A stretch of 64,000 bases of DNA. Origin: a virus. Numbering within the stretch: the stretch's first letter is position 1; each line of letters starts with the position of its first letter. The notes below the pieces were generated by a model. The model worked only from the letters and a program-made list of their open reading frames with translations, searched no databases and was not told where the DNA came from. Position numbers and translations under genes: made by a program. The stretch lies in the IMG/VR virus record IMGVR_UViG_3300025684_000012; one strand, given 5' to 3'. Positions 38,547-48,005 of this stretch are shown in pieces.

Positions 38547-38726
38547 TTATTTGTTGCGACTGGTCATTCTTTTTAGTAGTTCTACCTGATGCTTACGTTT
38601 GTTGCGGCGGTCATACTTCTTACGTACGACTACAGTGGTGTTATCGTCACCTGCACCTGGAACAGCTGTTGTGGTCATCGACAGCTCTTCGTCAAACTTC
38701 TGGATAAATTGTTGTAACGTATACAT
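38547..38726 (-). CDS. Small hypothetical (possible internal head protein)
   Basis: Start reassigned to MYTLQQFIQKFDEE. Confidence 0.5.
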   Translation of the reverse strand: MYTLQQFIQKFDEELSMTTTAVPGAGDDNTTVVVRKKYDRRNKRKHQVELLKRMTSRNK

Positions 38727-38727
38727 G

Positions 38728-39294
38728 CTAAACCCTTTTAAGTAATATGGCTGTGTTATTACCGCTTCGACTATCATAGTCAAATGTGTACATTTTCTCA
38801 TATGGAAAATCATCTTTCTTCAAAAAGTGATTCACTAAATCAGTAACGGATCGAAACCATTTCTCGTGATAGTCATCTACTATAATATACTTAACATTGG
38901 CCCTGGAACATAATACCAGATCACTTGTAAGGCCTGCAACGGAATGATCCCCATCCACGAAGCATGTATCGAACCCTTCCACTTGGGCAGGAGTCAAGTT
39001 TATACTATTACATTCATAGAAGTCGAATCGATCCCCGTATCTTTGCTTAATCTTAGCAGCATTGGGTATTGTATACTTATGTTGGCAAATGTCAACGGAA
39101 TTGAGGTATAGATCTGGATTTAACTCGAGCCACATACAAGCACTGTGTCCTGCATTGAACCCTATTTCGAAAATGCGGCTAGCCTGAGTGTCCTGTAATA
39201 CTTTAGTCAGTGCCGCAACCGTTCTATCAGTGGCGACCATATGTCCTTCGAGCGTGCTCTTAACATCGTCGGTTAGAAATGAGGTGTCTATCAT
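38728..39294 (-). CDS. Class I SAM-dependent methyltransferase (Methyltransf_24-like)
   Basis: FEIGFNAGHSA, FVDGDH, IIVDD. Confidence 0.85.
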   Translation of the reverse strand: MIDTSFLTDDVKSTLEGHMVATDRTVAALTKVLQDTQASRIFEIGFNAGHSACMWLELNPDLYLNSVDICQHKYTIPNAAKIKQRYGDRFDFYECNSINLTPAQVEGFDTCFVDGDHSVAGLTSDLVLCSRANVKYIIVDDYHEKWFRSVTDLVNHFLKKDDFPYEKMYTFDYDSRSGNNTAILLKRV

Positions 39295-39890
39295 TTAGTT
39301 AGCTCAGCGGATGAGATTAATATACGTTGATTGGATTTCATATGTATCCCTTCGTAAATGCAGATGCCCAGCACGGAGTGTACCGGAAGCGTTTTGCCTT
39401 CCTTAATTCTAATCTGGTCGCCCTTGCGAACAACATCAGCTAAAGAGGTCGTCATACTATCATTCTGAATACGATACACACCTGGGCTAAGCGATTGATC
39501 TTTGAGTACGTACCATTGAGATTGCTCAGCTAATATATCAACCATATCAATGTTGGTACTATTATGAATCTTCTCTACATTAGCATCGGATAGCTGACCA
39601 TGTTCTTTGATTAAGGCTAGTGCAGCTCCATATCGAGCGAGCACTGAGTTACCCCCAGGAGCTTTAGCTAGAATCTTCTTGAGGTTATAGACTAGGCGGT
39701 GAAACGTAGTGTAATGCTCATCGTACGCGTTTCTATTCGCTAAAATTTCTTTATCAAAGCTCTTTATACGCTGAGCCTTATCGTCGATTATACCCGCTTT
39801 GAACGCCTCAGTTTCTTCGATAGGCGTAGCTAGTAGTTTCAAAAAGCGAATTGTGTATACTAGATCCGCTGCAGATTTTAATAATCCCAT
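39291..39890 (-). CDS. Conserved T4-like hypothetical protein
   Basis: D..YT.RFLKLL.TP.E...A.K.GIID, YT.FHRLV.N.K. Confidence 0.75.
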   Translation of the reverse strand: MGLLKSAADLVYTIRFLKLLATPIEETEAFKAGIIDDKAQRIKSFDKEILANRNAYDEHYTTFHRLVYNLKKILAKAPGGNSVLARYGAALALIKEHGQLSDANVEKIHNSTNIDMVDILAEQSQWYVLKDQSLSPGVYRIQNDSMTTSLADVVRKGDQIRIKEGKTLPVHSVLGICIYEGIHMKSNQRILISSAELTK

Positions 39891-40258
39891 TTTATTTGTC
39901 TCAGTTTGGTTACAACATGGGCATCCATATCGATACCAGTAATTTCATCGTTCTTGATAATTCGGAGAAAGATCAGAAATGGCTTGAGCGCAGGCCAGGA
40001 TTCCAGCTCCACTTTGACTGCCAGCATTTCAACTGTTGCCTCTGCCCCAAATACATTATAAAGCACTATTAAATGGTTGAGTATTAGACGTTCAGACATT
40101 TCACCAGTTGTACGGTATTTATTAAGTAACCGTTTTACATATTTAATACGCTTTAAATCACTAAAAAACTCATCGCCATCAATGCATGATGGATTATAGT
40201 AATGTTTAGCTGCGTACACGATGAGATTAGTCTTTGTTAACTTCATGATATGGGTCAA
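39878..40258 (-). CDS. Conserved T4-like hypothetical protein
   Basis: YA.KHY.NP.C....EF..DL.R.KY.KRL, ERLILNH.I...NVF. Confidence 0.75.
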   Translation of the reverse strand: MTHIMKLTKTNLIVYAAKHYYNPSCIDGDEFFSDLKRIKYVKRLLNKYRTTGEMSERLILNHLIVLYNVFGAEATVEMLAVKVELESWPALKPFLIFLRIIKNDEITGIDMDAHVVTKLRQIKWDY

Positions 40259-40369
40259 CTATTTCCTTGAGTATAGTGCGTTGGTTCTTATGGTATTTAG
40301 TAGTGATACTAACTCATACACGCTCAACGACTAAACGGTAGGATGACTTTTTTTAGGACTAAAGGTATT

Positions 40370-40392
40370 GGACTGCCCTAAGGAGGCAGTCC
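40370..40392. terminator. GC-rich hairpin, probable terminator
   Basis: GGACTGCC-N7-GGCAGTCC. Confidence 0.6.
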
Positions 40393-40434
40393 ATACTATT
40401 GTTCACTAGTACATAATATTAGATTATATTACCA

Positions 40435-40662
40435 CTACTTGTAGTAAATATTATTCTCGTTCAGCTGCTTGATCAACGCATCCTTTCTTTTACGGCGATC
40501 GAGCTTGATACCATTCTCGGCACCGAGAGCATCAAGCTCTTCCTTCGTCATTTCTTCCAAACTGACGTGGTTACATGGGGCTTCCTTTAAAACGGATGGC
40601 TCCTGTTGATCATCTTCATTTCGCTTAAATATAGAATTAATGAAACTCCATAGTAGTTCCAT
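40435..40662 (-). CDS. Small protein with Rho-N/SAP-like helical motif
   Basis: MTK.EL...G...GI.LDRR..K..LI.QL. Confidence 0.6.
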   Translation of the reverse strand: MELLWSFINSIFKRNEDDQQEPSVLKEAPCNHVSLEEMTKEELDALGAENGIKLDRRKRKDALIKQLNENNIYYK

Positions 40663-40665
40663 ATC

Positions 40666-40887
40666 TTACTCCTCAACTAAGTCGTCTTGCTCAAATTCAA
40701 TTTCGTCGGGTTCTGCGGCCAAAACAGCTACATCATGTTTATCACCAACCCCATTACGGGCATCGTGCCACTCAGAAACTTGCTTCTTACTGAATTTTTG
40801 AGACTTCAATAATTCGCCAGTCTTAGGGTTGACCCAACCTTTTACTGTCGGCTCTGCACCAACACACCAATTTGGAGATTTAATCAT
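40666..40887 (-). CDS. Hypothetical protein
   Basis: P.WC..A.PT..GW..P.TGELL motif. Confidence 0.6.
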   Translation of the reverse strand: MIKSPNWCVGAEPTVKGWVNPKTGELLKSQKFSKKQVSEWHDARNGVGDKHDVAVLAAEPDEIEFEQDDLVEE

Positions 40888-40888
40888 C

Positions 40889-41824
40889 TTAGTTTCCTTT
40901 TACAGGTTTTTTGTCGCCATTAGACAGGTTATCATTGCCACGGTTTGGTGCCTGCTTAGTAACTTGACCAGCTTTAGTCGCCATATCGTGACCTTTTTCT
41001 TCGCCATCCTCAATCTTCTTATCAGATTGCTTATGCTTGGCGATGAATTCTTTTGACTTAGGGGATTCTTTAGAATCAATCTCTTCCGGAGCTAATGCGT
41101 CCTTTGTGTGACTAGCCGCCTCTTCAATTTGTGACCACAAGGCGATGAATGCTTCGCGAGTATCAACCGATTCAATCTTAGATATTTCTGCTTTCTTATC
41201 TGATTGGTGGTCGCTATCCTTGAAGTCTTTAGTTGATGAAGACTTGGGAGCGCCTTTAGATTTCTTGGGGGCTACAACAGGTTCTTCTTCAGAGTCACCA
41301 TCTTCCACAGCTTCGTTCTTAGCAATAGCTTTGCGACGCTTTTTAAGATACTCGTCGGACTTGTCTGTGTCGCCGTCATTATCGACGTCGTCGTCTTCTT
41401 GTCCAACAGGATCCATAGCTTCTTTCTTGTTGTAAAGGCCTTTTGCCATCTTTTCTTTAGATGACATCTTTTCCTCTACTTCCGCCTGCTCTTTGTTTGA
41501 CTTCATCCGTGAACATGCTTCCATGTATGATTGTAATGACTCACCAAGATCCACAGACTCGTCGAATTCGTATGACTCTTTAACATGCATACGCTCGCCT
41601 TCTTTAGTACCGTGCATCAAGGCGCGCGCAACAACTTTATGGCCGCCCCTCTTGAGTTGCTTTTCGTGACGGTGAGCATCGTTTGCAGTGAATACAATTG
41701 TGCTATGCTCATTGCCGGTCTTCTTATCCTTATGGTAGATCTTGATACCAGTTGGATTGCCTGACTGCTCGGAGACTTTCATTGACTTGTACGCCTCCAT
41801 AATTTTCGAAATATTGTTTGACAT
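40889..41824 (-). CDS. Highly charged putative internal head/core protein
   Basis: E/K-rich; MDPVG.ED.D.DNDGD.D.SD.YL..RR.AI motif; many hydrophobic-x-E sites. Confidence 0.65.
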   Translation of the reverse strand: MSNNISKIMEAYKSMKVSEQSGNPTGIKIYHKDKKTGNEHSTIVFTANDAHRHEKQLKRGGHKVVARALMHGTKEGERMHVKESYEFDESVDLGESLQSYMEACSRMKSNKEQAEVEEKMSSKEKMAKGLYNKKEAMDPVGQEDDDVDNDGDTDKSDEYLKKRRKAIAKNEAVEDGDSEEEPVVAPKKSKGAPKSSSTKDFKDSDHQSDKKAEISKIESVDTREAFIALWSQIEEAASHTKDALAPEEIDSKESPKSKEFIAKHKQSDKKIEDGEEKGHDMATKAGQVTKQAPNRGNDNLSNGDKKPVKGN

Positions 41825-41847
41825 TAAGTGTCTCCGTTAAACGTTTA

Positions 41848-42159
41848 TTAGCTACCAAAAAAGAGTTTTAGAGCAGCACCAACAACCACTGTAGTAGCTA
41901 TACTTAGAACAAACTGCATTACTTTAACAGTCTTACCCTGTTCGGTAACTTCATCTTCCAACTCATCCATGCGAGCAGAGAAACGGTTCATTCGTTCAAA
42001 ATGCTGATTATTTTGCTTTTCAATGTTAATCAATTTCTCCTCAGCCCTGGCCAAGTCGATCATAGCGTCAGATAGTTTGTCAATTTTCTGTTCGATCCGC
42101 TCCAGGCGGGATTCTTCGCGTTTTACATGATCAACTAAGTCAAAGTGCTGTTGAGACAT
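41848..42159 (-). CDS. Coiled-coil protein with C-terminal TM
   Basis: RLERIE.KIDKL..A...LARAEEK followed by TM. Confidence 0.65.
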   Translation of the reverse strand: MSQQHFDLVDHVKREESRLERIEQKIDKLSDAMIDLARAEEKLINIEKQNNQHFERMNRFSARMDELEDEVTEQGKTVKVMQFVLSIATTVVVGAALKLFFGS

Positions 42160-42206
42160 CAGTTAAACCTTTTTGTTGTTTTGGGTTAAAATTTTTACTT
42201 ACACTG

Positions 42207-42214
42207 TATTTATA
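42207..42214 (-). promoter_or_regulatory. Late promoter TATAAATA
   Basis: Exact consensus. Confidence 0.7.
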
Positions 42215-42219
42215 CAGTA

Positions 42220-42546
42220 TCAACTATCTACTTTTGCTCCGGCGCGCCATTGGTAACATGACCAGTATCGAGCCTTCCACTTAGGTCCGGGGTTATCGCA
42301 TTTATGTCTTGCTCTAAAACTTTTACGTCGCTCTGGATCATCCCTCTTTATAGAGAGGTTTGGATCACCAAAGTTAACCTTTACCACGTTACCCTTGTCG
42401 TTCTTTACGTACACAGAAAACTTCTTAGGACCATCAGGAGTACGGAACGGGTTATTAAGCTCAACCTTTCTCCCCTGATACTCAGCTGCTTCTGAGACTA
42501 ACTCCTCGCAAGTACATTCTGCTATATAAGACTTAAATGTTAACAT
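42220..42546 (-). CDS. Conserved small virion-associated protein
   Basis: KKF.VYVK...GNV.KV.FGD, RRKSFRARHKC, A.YWSC..W; N-terminus MLTFKSYIAE. Confidence 0.75.
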   Translation of the reverse strand: MLTFKSYIAECTCEELVSEAAEYQGRKVELNNPFRTPDGPKKFSVYVKNDKGNVVKVNFGDPNLSIKRDDPERRKSFRARHKCDNPGPKWKARYWSCYQWRAGAKVDS

Positions 42547-42552
42547 TACTGT

Positions 42553-42768
42553 TTAACCTTCCTTGAAACCAGCAAGTTTAGCCTTAGGTGTTTCAACGGT
42601 CTCGGCTTCTTTTTTCTTATCAGAAGTGCCAGCCTTTTTACGTTTCTTCGCCATCATAGCAGCATAGTTCTTCGGTACTTTGTAAGAGGCTTCCTCAACA
42701 GAGGATTGTTTTGATTGTATCTCAGTTGATTCGCTGAGAGATTCTCTTAGCTCAAAGAAATCTTTCAT
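42553..42768 (-). CDS. Small charged protein (possible internal protein)
   Basis: MKDFFELRE start. Confidence 0.55.
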   Translation of the reverse strand: MKDFFELRESLSESTEIQSKQSSVEEASYKVPKNYAAMMAKKRKKAGTSDKKKEAETVETPKAKLAGFKEG

Positions 42769-44045
42769 TTTTTTGTCATGCTCCGTATAATATCAGCCAG
42801 CGCTTTTGCTGAGATGTTTTTGGCGTTATATCGGCGAATGGTTTCAGCCGCCCAGTATTCTACACTATGCCTTTTTGGGTTGTCGCTTTTGGTCATAGAT
42901 TTGATTGCATCATTAGCAAGATGATTGTAATGTTTTTTCAGAAGTGTTTTTGATGCCACACGACCAATGTCATGGGACCATGCACGTTCGTCTATATCCA
43001 TGTGGGGGGTATCTTTAACGTACTTCTTTTTCAGTTTATCAGTACCTTCGTCGCCGGCACCGTTTTCTTCAGGGACGCAATTGGGGACGTCTTTGCCACC
43101 TTTCTTCTTCATACCAACTTGCTTGTATCCATCCCAACAATCTTCGCTGTAGATATCTATGAACGACTTATTTACTCGTACGCCATCAGTATTCGTTGGT
43201 TTAGGTTCTTCAGTTTGTTCACGTTCTTCGATCAGCTCAACTGCATCTAACCATCTGCGAGTTTTAACGCCATTGGTTTCTGTGATTACATAGTTCGCGC
43301 CAAGGTGAGTTACTTCTGTGAGATTGCCAGATTCTTTGACAACGACAATGTCTCCCACTTTGTATAGATCCCCTTGAACAAACTTCTCGCGGGTTTCGGA
43401 TACAGACTCCAATGAGATGTGATGCTTGAATTGTTTTTCTTCTTTGAGACCCATTCCTGCCCGCACGTCATTGAATAACTTGCGCGCATCAGCATTAGAC
43501 ACAGCTTTCGGTACGCCTTGAGAAAATGCTACGAAGTCGTTGTCGACGGCGTTCTGACGTTGTTTAGAAGCAGACATTCCCTCAATACCATCAGAATCAG
43601 GATCGCGTTGACCAGCAGAGATAACTTTGATTGATTGGAAGTTATAGAAGCCGTGACGCGCTTCCTTTCCGTTATATTGGTTGAATAGAACGTCGAATTG
43701 TGTGACGCGATCGTCTCCAACAACCATAGTGACGTTCTTATATCCTTGGTCATACAGGGCTACCAATACATCGATTGGGGTTTTGATTTTCTTATCGATT
43801 ATGATGTGTCGCGCATGCTTCGGAAACATTTTACGCGTATACTTGACTTTATCAGTGTATGATAGTGGATTCTTTTTCTTATCTTGGGTTTGTGACACAT
43901 ACACTTTATAGTCAGCCTTACCAGACTTGCTCGCTAACACGTCCATCACTTTGCCGTGACCAATCGTCGGGGGGTTCATTCGGCCGAACGTGAAGAATAC
44001 CTCACGCTGCTCTTCAACTAAGTACTGACTGAAATTCTTAATCAT
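42765..44045 (-). CDS. Cytidylyltransferase-like (HxGH) nucleotidyltransferase
   Basis: FGRMNPPTIGH, KNPL, VVGDDR, SAG.RDPD, MSASK.R; likely start MIKNFSQYLVE. Confidence 0.85.
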   Translation of the reverse strand: MIKNFSQYLVEEQREVFFTFGRMNPPTIGHGKVMDVLASKSGKADYKVYVSQTQDKKKNPLSYTDKVKYTRKMFPKHARHIIIDKKIKTPIDVLVALYDQGYKNVTMVVGDDRVTQFDVLFNQYNGKEARHGFYNFQSIKVISAGQRDPDSDGIEGMSASKQRQNAVDNDFVAFSQGVPKAVSNADARKLFNDVRAGMGLKEEKQFKHHISLESVSETREKFVQGDLYKVGDIVVVKESGNLTEVTHLGANYVITETNGVKTRRWLDAVELIEEREQTEEPKPTNTDGVRVNKSFIDIYSEDCWDGYKQVGMKKKGGKDVPNCVPEENGAGDEGTDKLKKKYVKDTPHMDIDERAWSHDIGRVASKTLLKKHYNHLANDAIKSMTKSDNPKRHSVEYWAAETIRRYNAKNISAKALADIIRSMTKK

Positions 44046-44478
44046 CTTTCTTACCACCACCACGTTTTTTAAGTAGCTCAGCTTTACGAACTTTAGGCAT
44101 CAGTTTGCGAGCAGACCGAGTTATCTTCATCTGCATTGCTGGCTTTTCCAAGCGTTTCTCTATTTCTTTTTTACGGGCGTTGGACAGCTCGGATTTTGGA
44201 ATATTTTTGGTGAATTTTTTAGCAAGGAGATTACGTGCTTGCTTGCGGGCGCGCTTTTGTAGCTTATCTAACGTAGCTACCTTACGCTCCGCTCGACGAC
44301 GACCCATAGCAATCTTGGCCTTGTTGCGCTTCATAGAAATAGCTTTCTTTCTACGCTGCTGCATATCAAGAGCTTCGTCTTGTACTTTTCGGTCTTTAGC
44401 TGCTTTAGCTAATTCGTAATCGCCTGTCATAGTGTAATCAACAGCCACGAATTGTTTGAACGACAATGGTTTGTCCAT
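44038..44478 (-). CDS. Very basic protein (possible core/internal protein)
   Basis: K/R-rich. Confidence 0.65.
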   Translation of the reverse strand: MDKPLSFKQFVAVDYTMTGDYELAKAAKDRKVQDEALDMQQRRKKAISMKRNKAKIAMGRRRAERKVATLDKLQKRARKQARNLLAKKFTKNIPKSELSNARKKEIEKRLEKPAMQMKITRSARKLMPKVRKAELLKKRGGGKKDD

Positions 44479-44509
44479 TGCTACTTATTCCTTTTATTTG
44501 GTTAACCCA

Positions 44510-45733
44510 TTAGTTGCGACTCGCTGAGTCCCATCCTTTTAATATGTCTGGAGAAAAGTTGTTGTATGAAAATTCCATACGATCAACCAATTTCACCGCA
44601 TCACCACCAAGTGTATCAATCGCTACATAACCTTCTTCACCGGTCACTTTATACCCAGTAGAAGTTTTTACGAAAGTATCGATCGATTTCAGTTCATTAA
44701 GTTTATTTATAAGTTTTATTTTAGCTAGCACTATGATCTTCTGTAACTCAAACATATTTACTAGCGATTGCTTGTTTGTATCGCTGAAAAACGACATTAC
44801 TTCGTCTTTCTTAGCAATCTTACCCGCCTTTCCACGTTCCGATTTGAGCTTATCAACTTCTGCATTAAACCGCTTGTCTATAAACGAGATTAGCTGGTCT
44901 ACATGCTTACGGGGATCTGCAATAACCTGTTGATTGCGTACCAGCTGGTTATTGAAGATCTCGATCAAACGTGGAAGTTCTGGGTGAGATTCCAAGGCGC
45001 GTAACGTAGTACCCGATATCTTGTTAAACAGTTTACCGGCTTGGGACAATAGTTTATTGACCTCTTCAGTATCTCGCTTAGACATTGTAGCCTTCGATAG
45101 GTCGGTTAGCATAGCATCCTGAGACCATACGTTAGCACTACGCTTGAGTGCCTTGACGTTGACTCCGTAATCTGCCTTCATGCTTTCAAACGTATTGCCC
45201 TTATATGTAGTATGCCATACGATACCAATCTTAGCCTTTAGTATCTCCTGCGCCTGGTCTACTGGTACAGCATATACAATGGTATTCGGATGGAACACTA
45301 CGTAATTCTGACCGTCGATCTTCTTTTTGGTTAAGTCACCAGGACCAAACAAGAAGTCCCCTTGAATAACGCCCTTGATTCCTAACGATGGAAGATACTG
45401 AAGTGCTGCTTTGAGTTTAACAGCCAAGTCACCAGATGTATCATCATCGATATCCTGGTCGGTCTTATACACCTTAGGGTTCTTATTGAAGATACCTTTC
45501 TTCGCTACGAAGAACTTACCGTCGGATGGATCAGTGCCACAGAAGATTGCGGGAGCTCCGTCCCATTTAACAGACACCTTACCGGTGTGCTTTCCTGCTA
45601 GCATGTCACGCAATGAACGTAAAGCGAATATAGCTTGACGAGTCCCATCAACGCCCCCATAGATGACCTTATCTTCGATATGAGTCATATGAGTGTTTTT
45701 TTGTTCGCTTATAAATTGCTTGAAAGAATTCAT
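44510..45733 (-). CDS. Conserved T4-like protein with ATP-dependent ligase-like motifs
   Basis: SVKWDGAP, IQGDFLF, EGYV, VKLVDR. Confidence 0.7.
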   Translation of the reverse strand: MNSFKQFISEQKNTHMTHIEDKVIYGGVDGTRQAIFALRSLRDMLAGKHTGKVSVKWDGAPAIFCGTDPSDGKFFVAKKGIFNKNPKVYKTDQDIDDDTSGDLAVKLKAALQYLPSLGIKGVIQGDFLFGPGDLTKKKIDGQNYVVFHPNTIVYAVPVDQAQEILKAKIGIVWHTTYKGNTFESMKADYGVNVKALKRSANVWSQDAMLTDLSKATMSKRDTEEVNKLLSQAGKLFNKISGTTLRALESHPELPRLIEIFNNQLVRNQQVIADPRKHVDQLISFIDKRFNAEVDKLKSERGKAGKIAKKDEVMSFFSDTNKQSLVNMFELQKIIVLAKIKLINKLNELKSIDTFVKTSTGYKVTGEEGYVAIDTLGGDAVKLVDRMEFSYNNFSPDILKGWDSASRN

Positions 45734-45734
45734 T

Positions 45735-46487
45735 CTATACCCTTACCAATGGCTTAATACTTTTGCTAGTGAAGCGCTCCATCTCTATGTCTTCCTTCTT
45801 CACTTCCTTAATTGTTATGATCTCTCCGTACTGTGTATCCCTAGAGTCGTTGAGAACAAATATAACTTTGTGCCCCTTGAAGTAATGCTTGTACGCTAAC
45901 TCTTTATACCGTTGGCGCAACTGTTCATATGTGTCTGGGCTTTTCTTTTGTAGCTCAGCAAATTTGGATCCAGATATTTCAGGAGCTCCTTTCGAAGGAG
46001 TAATACCAGCTGCATAACATGCTTCCTGTATATCCACTTCCAACTGACTCATCCCAGGGATGTTGCCTCCAAGTTTGAAATCGCTAACATAATCTTTAGT
46101 CGATTTACTCTTCCACCGTACAGCTTTAACCTCAAACTTCTCACTGCCGTTAACCAAGTCGATACCAGCTGATGAACCGCCACCCAAGTGGCCCTTCTGC
46201 GTGAGTAAAAACAATACTGCCTCAGAGGGACCTACACCTTTCAAGGGCAGGTTGTGCAGCTTATCGTACTGGCTAGCACTATCCTTTTTAAGCAGCTTTA
46301 CCAGAGCATTATACTTAGCTTTGTCTATATTGGCAACAGCTTTGTCTGGATCAAATGACCCAAACATATGGGCGGCATACAAGTGTTGAATCTCTTTCTT
46401 GTACTTGTTAGTAGTGAAGTCATTACTCGTTAAGTTAAATGACGTCACCCGAGTCGCCCGTCTGATAAAATCGTTGTCTAGTTCCAT
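45735..46487 (-). CDS. Putative PD-(D/E)XK nuclease-like protein
   Basis: GVGPSE ... GIDL......EVK. Confidence 0.5.
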   Translation of the reverse strand: MELDNDFIRRATRVTSFNLTSNDFTTNKYKKEIQHLYAAHMFGSFDPDKAVANIDKAKYNALVKLLKKDSASQYDKLHNLPLKGVGPSEAVLFLLTQKGHLGGGSSAGIDLVNGSEKFEVKAVRWKSKSTKDYVSDFKLGGNIPGMSQLEVDIQEACYAAGITPSKGAPEISGSKFAELQKKSPDTYEQLRQRYKELAYKHYFKGHKVIFVLNDSRDTQYGEIITIKEVKKEDIEMERFTSKSIKPLVRV

Positions 46488-46518
46488 CGCTTACCGCTGC
46501 CTAATAGGTTGATGGAAG

Positions 46519-46526
46519 TATTTATA
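46519..46526 (-). promoter_or_regulatory. Late promoter TATAAATA
   Basis: Exact consensus upstream of 46487. Confidence 0.75.
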
Positions 46527-46534
46527 CAATTCGA

Positions 46535-47251
46535 CTAAACGTCTAGTAATGGGGCGGGGGCTTGTTCAGCTTTGTGCTGGGCTATTGTTTGTTTGAGTGG
46601 GCGTACCCAGTTGTCGCGGTGCTCGATGAACACCTGAGGAGAGTGGCCGTCGACCGTTATTAACGTAACAAGCTGGGTGATAGGCATGCCAGTGCGTTCT
46701 TCCCACATGATAGCATAGGCCGCTTCCTGCATATAGTAGTTAGTGATCCACTTGGCACTCTTAGGCTTCTTCGATGTTTTGAAGTCGATGATTGATATCT
46801 TACCATCAAATTCAGCTACACAGTCGACTCGCCCAGCAACTCCTAGGTGAGTTGAGTATAGGGGTGCCTCTTGGGCATACACTTTACCAATACGGGTGTC
46901 AAGTATTGGCTGCAGATCGAGAAAGCTGGCTATAATGTCGGGAGTGTATCCGTCAGTATAATTGTCATCATTATCAATGTATTTCTCAATCAGTTCGTGA
47001 ACAGCAGTACCGCGGGTTGATGCGCGATGCATAATCCTATCTGCCTGCTCGTCACCAACCTTTTTACGCCAAGCAGCAATTCCATCTCGCGACAGAATAG
47101 AGAGCACTGTTGTAATGGAAGGTAGTTTTTGCCCATCAGGGGCATTATACAGTCGTCCACTTTCTGTAGTGGTCGCCGTAAGCTCTACCAGTTCAACCGG
47201 CTCATGTTTAAATATCATCGTCATTATCATCCCAAAAACTAATATCATCAA
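46535..47251 (-). CDS. PD-(D/E)XK exonuclease (Cas4/RecB-like)
   Basis: PSITTVL, RGT.VH..IE, AGRVDC, IDFKTS, Y.MQ..AYA. Confidence 0.88.
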   Translation of the reverse strand: MMILVFGMIMTMIFKHEPVELVELTATTTESGRLYNAPDGQKLPSITTVLSILSRDGIAAWRKKVGDEQADRIMHRASTRGTAVHELIEKYIDNDDNYTDGYTPDIIASFLDLQPILDTRIGKVYAQEAPLYSTHLGVAGRVDCVAEFDGKISIIDFKTSKKPKSAKWITNYYMQEAAYAIMWEERTGMPITQLVTLITVDGHSPQVFIEHRDNWVRPLKQTIAQHKAEQAPAPLLDV

Positions 47252-47500
47252 AGTCTAAATCATCTACCCACAGAGTGAATATTTTATACAGCCCATATAT
47301 AACGGGGGCCACCAAGAGCACTACAACTAAAATTATCTCACTCATCCAGCTTGTTTCCATAATAGTCGTGTGTACCCATACGGTAGTTTTTACGTCTTTC
47401 TGAGGTTTCGGCGGCTGCAGCGAATGAAGCTACCACCCAAATCCCCAGAACGGCTAAACCAAAACCCGCAGCCATGATGTTGAGTAAAATATCAATCATG

Positions 47501-47713
47501 TTATGCCACCTCTTCAGTAAGAGGAGCAATAAAGGCATACTTCGGTTCACGGCACCATTGACCGATTTCGTCAAACCCCAACAGAACGAACCCATCAAGT
47601 GGATCAGTGCCGTCTTCAAACTCTACTAGGTCGTAACCAGGACGCATGCTGGTGACTTTGGTGATATCGACGATCTCAACTGAAAATTCCATAATATATC
47701 TCTCTCTGTTCAA
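47501..47713 (-). CDS. Hypothetical early protein
   Basis: Downstream of early promoter at about 47720-47752; true start likely MEFSV. Confidence 0.5.
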   Translation of the reverse strand: MNRERYIMEFSVEIVDITKVTSMRPGYDLVEFEDGTDPLDGFVLLGFDEIGQWCREPKYAFIAPLTEEVA

Positions 47714-47797
47714 TGTAGGGTAATTATCTCATATTCAAGGCAACAGGGCAACAGTTTTTTTCGATATTTTTGAAAATAATTTATACCCTTAATGCCC

Positions 47798-47989
47798 TTA
47801 ATACCCGCCGGTCTTAAACCAGCCCTTACCCTTCAACTGAAATCCACCGGTAGTCGTGATCACCTTAACGTGATCTGTTTCCTGTTCGCACACAGGGCAC
47901 GGCAGTTTCATTTCAGACTTAGTTTCACTCATACTCATACGAAAGTCGCTAACTCCATAACACAGCGAACATCTAAAACTGTACGTCAT
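47798..47989 (-). CDS. FmdB-family zinc-ribbon protein
   Basis: Y.FRCSLC..CPVC..GFQLKG.GW.KT.Y. Confidence 0.8.
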   Translation of the reverse strand: MTYSFRCSLCYGVSDFRMSMSETKSEMKLPCPVCEQETDHVKVITTTGGFQLKGKGWFKTGGY

Positions 47990-48005
47990 CGTTTACTCCA
48001 CATCA

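Noticed and set aside
46535-47251. Cas4-like nuclease as a CRISPR component
   Set aside because: No array or other cas genes seen; a common stand-alone T4-like exonuclease
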